Positions 58,697 through 64,000 of a stretch of DNA of 64,000 bases are shown one piece after another (positions within the stretch are counted from its first letter, which is position 1; every line of letters starts with the position of its first letter). The notes below the pieces were generated by a model that was not told where the DNA came from, searched no databases, and saw nothing but the letters and a program-made list of their open reading frames with translations. A program made the position numbers and the translations under genes. Origin of the DNA: an uncultured Verrucomicrobiae bacterium (lineage in GTDB: Bacteria; Verrucomicrobiota; Verrucomicrobiia; Chthoniobacterales; UBA10450); contig CAVTMK010000002.1 of the NCBI GenBank assembly GCA_963735805.1, positions 32,001 through 96,000 on the forward strand, written 5' to 3'.

Positions 58697-58930
58697 CTAG
58701 ACGCGGTCCTTTAGCTGCGTTTTGCCGGCAGTACGCGCACAATGAACGCAGCAGAAGATTTTCCCGTCTGCTTCTACGCCATGCCCCACAATCCGGCAGT
58801 TGCAGTGCGGGCAGACTGGCGCTAACGCGTGGATTGCACACTCGAAGCTATCGAATGTGTGGTGCTTCCCGGCTACTACCACTTCAAACGCCTTGTCATA
58901 TTCATTCTCGCAAACTTCGCATACAGGCAT
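58697..58930 (-). CDS. Small Cys-rich metal-binding protein, paralog of 5509-5742
   Basis: CEVC.NEYDKAF..FDSFECAIHALAP.CPHCNC..GHG..FCCVHCA. Confidence 0.8.
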   Translation of the reverse strand: MPVCEVCENEYDKAFEVVVAGKHHTFDSFECAIHALAPVCPHCNCRIVGHGVEADGKIFCCVHCARTAGKTQLKDRV

Positions 58931-59033
58931 ACATAATTCTTTCGCGCCTCGACAGCTTTGCGGCGGTGTCCATCCGGTTTTCGAGTGAGTAGAGATCACA
59001 CGGGAAAGTGTTACTTTTCGGTCGGAGGTGGCT

Positions 59034-59519
59034 ATGGAAGCGCCAAGGCGGCTGATCGAGTGTTTAGATGAAAATAAGGTTCGCTACGAGGTTCTGCAGC
59101 ATCCCGAGGCAGTATCCGCCCAACGAATCGCCCAGGCCGAGCATGTAAAGGGCCGGCATCACGCTAAAGTGGTCATAGTCAGATCAGGTGACGCTCACCT
59201 GATGATAGTGCTGCCGGCGGATCACCATATTGATCTGAAGAAGGTCGAGAAAGCGGTCGGCAAAGCCGTGTCGCTGGATAAGGAACACGAATTCAAGTCA
59301 CTCTTTCCCGACTGTGTGATTGGAGCGATGCCGCCCTTCGGGAATCTCTATGGTTTGCCAACGTACGTGGACCAAAGTCTGGCCGGGCAAGACTACATTG
59401 TGTTTGAAGCGGGCACGCACACGGCCGCGATCAAAATGAATTATCGCGATTACGAGAAAATTGTGAAGCCAAAGGTGAACGACCTGGCCATCAAGCTCCA
59501 GCCGATGAAAGGAGCATAG
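59034..59519 (+). CDS. YbaK/EbsC (aminoacyl-tRNA editing) family protein
   Basis: AKVVIV, FPDC..GAMPPFG.LYG, FEAGTH; SD GGAGGTG. Confidence 0.88.
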   Translation: MEAPRRLIECLDENKVRYEVLQHPEAVSAQRIAQAEHVKGRHHAKVVIVRSGDAHLMIVLPADHHIDLKKVEKAVGKAVSLDKEHEFKSLFPDCVIGAMPPFGNLYGLPTYVDQSLAGQDYIVFEAGTHTAAIKMNYRDYEKIVKPKVNDLAIKLQPMKGA

Positions 59520-59557
59520 CTTTGCGCATACCAGCGCAGCGCTTAGGGAAAGGTCGC

Positions 59558-60853
59558 ATGACGAATGTGTTTGTGGGGCTTGCTTCCTGGCTCGCCTGTG
59601 CAATTGCTCCGACAGCTTTCGCAGCCGAGAAAGTTTCGTTTATCAATATTGACGGAGCGATCGGGCCAGCAACGGCAAGTTACATTTCACGAAGCATTGA
59701 CGAGGCCAAGTCGCAGAATGCCGAATGTCTGGTCATTCAACTGAATACGCCCGGCGGTTTACTCGATTCGACGCAAAAGATAGTGCAAAGCTTTCTTGGC
59801 TCTCCGGTGCCAGTCGTCGTTTACGTCGCTCCGACCGGCGCGACAGCGACCAGCGCGGGTTGTTTCATCACCATCGCGGCCAGCATCGCGGCGATGGCCC
59901 CGGCCACGACTATTGGCGCTGCGCATCCGGTCTCGATAGGTGGTTTTCCCAGTGGCGGAGAGGAAAAGACCGACGAAACGATGAAACAGAAGCTGGAGAA
60001 TTTTTCCGTGAGCTATATCGAAACGATCGCCGGCAAGCGCCAGCGTAACGTCGAATGGGCCAAGTCTGCCGTAAAGGAAAGCGCATCGATCACAGCTGAA
60101 AAAGCGCTCCAATTGAAGGTCATCGATCTAATCGCTACGGATATGTCAGATCTGTTACAAAAATTGAACGGGCGCGTCGCGGATGGAAAGACGCTCAAGA
60201 CAGCGGGCGCGGAGGTTTCAGAGATCAAGATGTCGGCCTCGGAACACGTCTTTCAAAAACTATGGCGACCAGAAGTGATGTTCGTTCTCATGCTCGTCGC
60301 GATCTATGGAATCATCGGAGAACTGACCACACCCGGCGCGATTCTTCCCGGAGTCGTTGGGGCGATTGCTTTAATCCTGGCCCTTTATCTGGCGGCGATC
60401 TTGCCGGTCAACGTCACGGGTCTGGTCTTGATCGCGCTCGCATTGATGCTCTTTATCTTCGACGTTTACGCGCCTACGCACGGCATACTGACGGTCGGCG
60501 GGATCATTGCTTTTCTGATCGGTTCGCTCATGCTTTTTAACCGCGCCGACCCGCTCTTTCGGCTGTCGCTCAGCTACATTATTCCGGCGACATTGGTCAC
60601 TGCGGCGTTCTTTATTTTCGTCATCGGAAAAGGTCTGCGAGCGCAACGGCTGCCTGTAAAGGTGGGAAAAGAAACGCTGATTGGAAAAACAGTGACGACG
60701 TTGACCCCAATCGACGCGCGCACCGGCCGTATTTTCGTTGAAGGCGAATACTGGAACGCCGTCAGCGATACGCCTATTGAAAAAGACGAACAGGCTGAGA
60801 TTACGGCGGTCCAAGGATTGACTGTAAAACTGCAACCCAAAAGGAAAATATAG
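59558..60853 (+). CDS. nfeD: NfeD long-form membrane-bound serine protease
   Basis: [31 protein letters not shown] region, C-terminal OB-fold (GEYWNA). Start uncertain. Confidence 0.9.
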   Translation: MTNVFVGLASWLACAIAPTAFAAEKVSFINIDGAIGPATASYISRSIDEAKSQNAECLVIQLNTPGGLLDSTQKIVQSFLGSPVPVVVYVAPTGATATSAGCFITIAASIAAMAPATTIGAAHPVSIGGFPSGGEEKTDETMKQKLENFSVSYIETIAGKRQRNVEWAKSAVKESASITAEKALQLKVIDLIATDMSDLLQKLNGRVADGKTLKTAGAEVSEIKMSASEHVFQKLWRPEVMFVLMLVAIYGIIGELTTPGAILPGVVGAIALILALYLAAILPVNVTGLVLIALALMLFIFDVYAPTHGILTVGGIIAFLIGSLMLFNRADPLFRLSLSYIIPATLVTAAFFIFVIGKGLRAQRLPVKVGKETLIGKTVTTLTPIDARTGRIFVEGEYWNAVSDTPIEKDEQAEITAVQGLTVKLQPKRKI

Positions 60854-60855
60854 CC

Positions 60856-61641
60856 ATGCAATTAATTGAAGCATTGCCGCGATTGGTCGGTTGGGCCATC
60901 CCGATCGTTATTCTTCTCATCATCATTCTGCCGCAAGCCGTTCGCGTCCTGCGTGAATATGAGCGCGGCGTCATCTTTCGCTTGGGAAAACTAGTCGGCG
61001 CCAAAGGACCAGGATTGATTTTTCTCATCCCAATCGTCGATCGCATGGTGCGAATGGATTTACGCGTGGTTACCATTAGTGTCGAGAAGCAGGAGGTGAT
61101 GACACGTGACAACGTGCCGGTGACTGTCGATGCGGTTGTGTATTTCCGGGTGGTCGATCCGCAGGCCTCTGTCGTGAAAGTAGAGAACTTTCTCAAAGCC
61201 ACTTCGCTGATGTCGCAGACGACGCTGCGCAGCGTGCTCGGTCAGGCTCCCTTGGATGACCTGCTTTCGCAGCGCGAGTCGATCAATCAGAAATTGCAGG
61301 AGATCATCGACCGGCAAACCGAACCCTGGGGAGTCAAAGTCACAGCGGTCGAGGTGAAGGACGTCGCCTTGCCCGACACCATGAAGCGTGCGATGGCCAA
61401 GCAAGCCGAGGCCGAGCGCGAGCGTCGTGCCAAAATCGTTAATGCCGAGGGTGAATTTCAAGCTGCGGAAAAAATGGTACAGGCCGCCGCGATGATGAGT
61501 AAGGAGCCGATTGCGCTGCAACTGCGCTTCCTGCAAACGATGCGCGAAATTTCCAGCGAACATAATACCACCACCTTTTTCCCTCTTCCGATCGATCTCT
61601 TGACGTCATTGATCAAGAAGAACGAACCGCCCAATTCTTAG
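60856..61641 (+). CDS. SPFH/stomatin-like (slipin) protein
   Basis: [62 protein letters not shown]. Confidence 0.95.
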   Translation: MQLIEALPRLVGWAIPIVILLIIILPQAVRVLREYERGVIFRLGKLVGAKGPGLIFLIPIVDRMVRMDLRVVTISVEKQEVMTRDNVPVTVDAVVYFRVVDPQASVVKVENFLKATSLMSQTTLRSVLGQAPLDDLLSQRESINQKLQEIIDRQTEPWGVKVTAVEVKDVALPDTMKRAMAKQAEAERERRAKIVNAEGEFQAAEKMVQAAAMMSKEPIALQLRFLQTMREISSEHNTTTFFPLPIDLLTSLIKKNEPPNS

Positions 61642-61760
61642 GAAAAAGAAAACGTCCAACGCTCAAATCGAGAGGTTCTCCGCGCAATCGAATTCCAGTG
61701 GCAGGGCGCGACTGCTAGCACGCCGCAAGCGTTCATGGGGCGAAAAGATATAGTGAGAGC

Positions 61761-63404
61761 GTGAAGCGAAACGGAAAGTCCTTGGTAGCGTTTCTTTCGT
61801 CGCCTGAGTCGTATTTACACAGGCCAACCGAAGTTCACGCGATTCAAACCCACATCTCATGGGTTTTTATCGCGTCGCCCTTTGTCTTTAAGGTCAAGAA
61901 GCCGGTGGATCTCGGTTTTCTCGATTTTAGCACGTTGGAAAAACGCCAATATTTTTGCCAGCGTGAGATCGAATTGAACCGGCGACTCTGTCCAGAAATT
62001 TATCTCGAGCCTGTCCCAATTTACGAGAGTAATTCCGGTTTTTCGTTCGAGCCATCAGGCAAAATCGTTGAATACGCCGTAAAGATGAAAGAACTGCCGC
62101 ACGGCTCGTTCTTAGGCGAATTGCTTCAGAAAAATCTGGTCGGTAAAAAGGAGATCAACCGGGTGATCTCTACCCTGCATCGCTTTTACCAATCTGAAAC
62201 GCCGACGCCTGAGATCGAGAAGTGGGGCAAACCCGAAAAGTTAAAGATCAGCACCGACGAAAATTTCAGACAAGTTAAGCCATTTATTGGCAAAACAGTT
62301 TCCAAGGTTGCTTTCGAGGCTATTCGCCATTTCACCAACCGGTTTTACGTCGCAAATGAGAGCTTGTTTGACGAACGCATTGAGCAGCACCGGATTCTCG
62401 ATTGCCATGGCGATCTTCATCTCGATCACGTCCATCTGACTCCGGATGCGGTCACCATCTTTGATTGCATCGAGTTTAATGACCGGTTTCGTTTGATCGA
62501 TATCGCCAACGATCTCGCGTTTCTGGCGATGGATTTCGATTTCGAGAGCCGAAGCGACCTGGGAAACTTGTTTCTCCGAAATGCAGCGCGCGAATTAGAC
62601 GACGCTGGGATGCTGAACGTCGTGAATTTCTATAAGTGCTATCGCGCTTTTGTTCGCGGGAAGGTCGAAAGCATCCAGGCGACAGAGAAAGAAACGAAAA
62701 ATCCAAAGGAACACGAAACGCAAGCGCAGCGTTATTTTCGTCTTGCTTTGCAATATGCCATACGCGGCTCCGAACGATCGATTGTCGTGGTCATGGGCGG
62801 AGTTGGTAGCGGTAAGACCTCTGTCGCAACACAACTCGGCAGCGAGTTGGACTGGCCGATTTTTTCGTCGGACCAAATTCGCAAAACGCTCGCTGGCATT
62901 CCGCTGACTCAACGAACGCCAGCAGAGCAGCGCGGTGAAGTCTACTCGAAGCGAATGACTCGACGAACCTACGAGAAACTCGTGGCGGATGGACTTGCTG
63001 CTCTTGGTTCTTGTAGTCGAGCGCTCCGACCGCGGCCCGCAATGACTCGTGGCGGCGTCATTCTGGACGCGACGTTCTCGACGCGAACGTTGCGCGAACT
63101 TCTTCGCGACGAATGCAGCAAAGCAAATGTCCCGTTTCAGTTCGTAGAACTCGAGGTCGGTCCTGACGAAATCAAAGAGCGACTGAGGGCTCGGGATGAA
63201 AGAACGGACGAAACGTCCGATGCTCGTCTCGAAGACTTCGATAAGTTGAGTGTTACTTACGAGTCACCATCTGAGCTCGCGCCTGATTTAATCCGTGTTT
63301 CAACGACGAGTTTCGTCTCCGAGACCGTGAGAGCGATCCTGCTGCGCCTGGCCGATAAACAATCTGTTGTGACCAACAACCCGTCCTCCGCTGAACCTGG
63401 CTAG
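61761..63404 (+). CDS. Aminoglycoside-phosphotransferase-like kinase fused to AAA_33 P-loop domain (Rv2004c-like)
   Basis: QTHISWVF, KVKKPV..GFLDFSTL, HGDLHL, FDCIEFN, D.AFL.MD, P-loop GGVGSGKT, VILDATF; TATAGT 12 nt upstream of the GTG. Confidence 0.9.
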   Translation: MKRNGKSLVAFLSSPESYLHRPTEVHAIQTHISWVFIASPFVFKVKKPVDLGFLDFSTLEKRQYFCQREIELNRRLCPEIYLEPVPIYESNSGFSFEPSGKIVEYAVKMKELPHGSFLGELLQKNLVGKKEINRVISTLHRFYQSETPTPEIEKWGKPEKLKISTDENFRQVKPFIGKTVSKVAFEAIRHFTNRFYVANESLFDERIEQHRILDCHGDLHLDHVHLTPDAVTIFDCIEFNDRFRLIDIANDLAFLAMDFDFESRSDLGNLFLRNAARELDDAGMLNVVNFYKCYRAFVRGKVESIQATEKETKNPKEHETQAQRYFRLALQYAIRGSERSIVVVMGGVGSGKTSVATQLGSELDWPIFSSDQIRKTLAGIPLTQRTPAEQRGEVYSKRMTRRTYEKLVADGLAALGSCSRALRPRPAMTRGGVILDATFSTRTLRELLRDECSKANVPFQFVELEVGPDEIKERLRARDERTDETSDARLEDFDKLSVTYESPSELAPDLIRVSTTSFVSETVRAILLRLADKQSVVTNNPSSAEPG

Positions 63405-64000
63405 TCCATTTCGTCCACAACTTTGGCGATTTGTTGACGGAAAAGTCTCGCACCGCCGGAAGCGGGATGACGAGCGCGATGGGGTTCGACATTCAGCTCC
63501 TCCAGTCGCGCTGCCGCGACGCTGCCAAGCGCGACGATTTCGTCGCATGGAAAAAGATCGAGGAAAGCCTTGAGCACCGACAGACCGGCGGATTGTTCCT
63601 TCTTCGCTGGCGTCCGGTTGCTCAACATGCCGCGACGTACATCGAATGAATGCCAGGGAAAGGCATTCCATAGCACGAATTGCTGCGGTTTTAAGCCAAG
63701 CTTGAGCAACGCGCTCCAGACGATCGTTGCTGTCGGCTCGGAAAAGCCATCCGCGCATTGTTCACGCTTGCTTGTTCGCGCCGGTTTGATGCTCGAAAAA
63801 ACATGTTCCGGGTGAATCCCGTCCTCTTTCTTCTTTCCCAGCAGGATACGCTCCGAGGTCATGGGGATTCCGCTGAAATGCCCGCCGCGGTAACCGAGCG
63901 CTTCACCAATCACAACGAGTTTCGCTTTGCCGAGTCGTTTGTGTAGATAAACGTGCAGATGTCTTCTTCGGATAGCGGGCGCCTTGCGGCCAATGTCGTT
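63401..64000 (-). CDS. Uracil-DNA glycosylase superfamily protein, 5'-truncated by window edge
   Basis: Frame open from 64000; VIGEALGYRGG.FSGIPMTSE, EPTATIVW, WNAFPWH, RHPASGG. Confidence 0.85.
   Translation of the reverse strand, partial: NDIGRKAPAIRRRHLHVYLHKRLGKAKLVVIGEALGYRGGHFSGIPMTSERILLGKKKEDGIHPEHVFSSIKPARTSKREQCADGFSEPTATIVWSALLKLGLKPQQFVLWNAFPWHSFDVRRGMLSNRTPAKKEQSAGLSVLKAFLDLFPCDEIVALGSVAAARLEELNVEPHRARHPASGGARLFRQQIAKVVDEMD

Noticed and set aside
61664..61693. CAAATCGAG/CAATCGAAT pair with 21-bp spacing upstream of the kinase gene
   Set aside because: Second half lacks the invariant G, first half fits poorly, and there is no -10 at +55; the real -10 appears to be TATAGT at 61749.
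1..64000. CRISPR arrays, rRNA, intact transposases/integrases, prophage genes
   Set aside because: No repeat-spacer arrays, rRNA-like stretches or recognisable DDE/tyrosine-recombinase/phage proteins found.

Overview
Gene-dense bacterial chromosomal window; gene content and style suggest a soil Verrucomicrobiota (Chthoniobacterales-like) genome, which is inference only. Positions ~4-34 kb form an almost entirely co-oriented stress/low-oxygen-type island. It holds 7 universal stress protein (USP) genes, CBS, DUF2267-like and host-attachment proteins, a phosphoribosyltransferase, an erythromycin-esterase-like protein, three P-type ATPases, a Zn-ADH, PfkB, PpsA and a D-lactate dehydrogenase, closely paralleling the M. 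tuberculosis DosR regulon gene set. The main new observation is a recurring promoter signature found by eye at 10 places in this island: CAA-N5-G repeated with an exact 21-bp period, followed in 9 of 10 cases by an xAnnnT -10-like hexamer 54-57 bp after the first CAA. This is the geometry of AraC/XylS-type activator sites, and an AraC-family gene lies at the window's left edge. The rest of the window is mostly housekeeping: YbdK/ATP-grasp ligases, DD-carboxypeptidase, tRNA-Thr(CGT), thiD, rnc, purD, HtrA, Na+/H+ antiporter, two sulfotransferases, pyrR-pyrB-pyrC with a PyrR-binding hairpin over the RBS, mrp, NfeD/SPFH, an Rv2004c-like kinase and a UDG-family gene. There is also a decayed GIY-YIG gene flanked by inverted REP-like repeats. 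All calls are from motif recognition without database searches.
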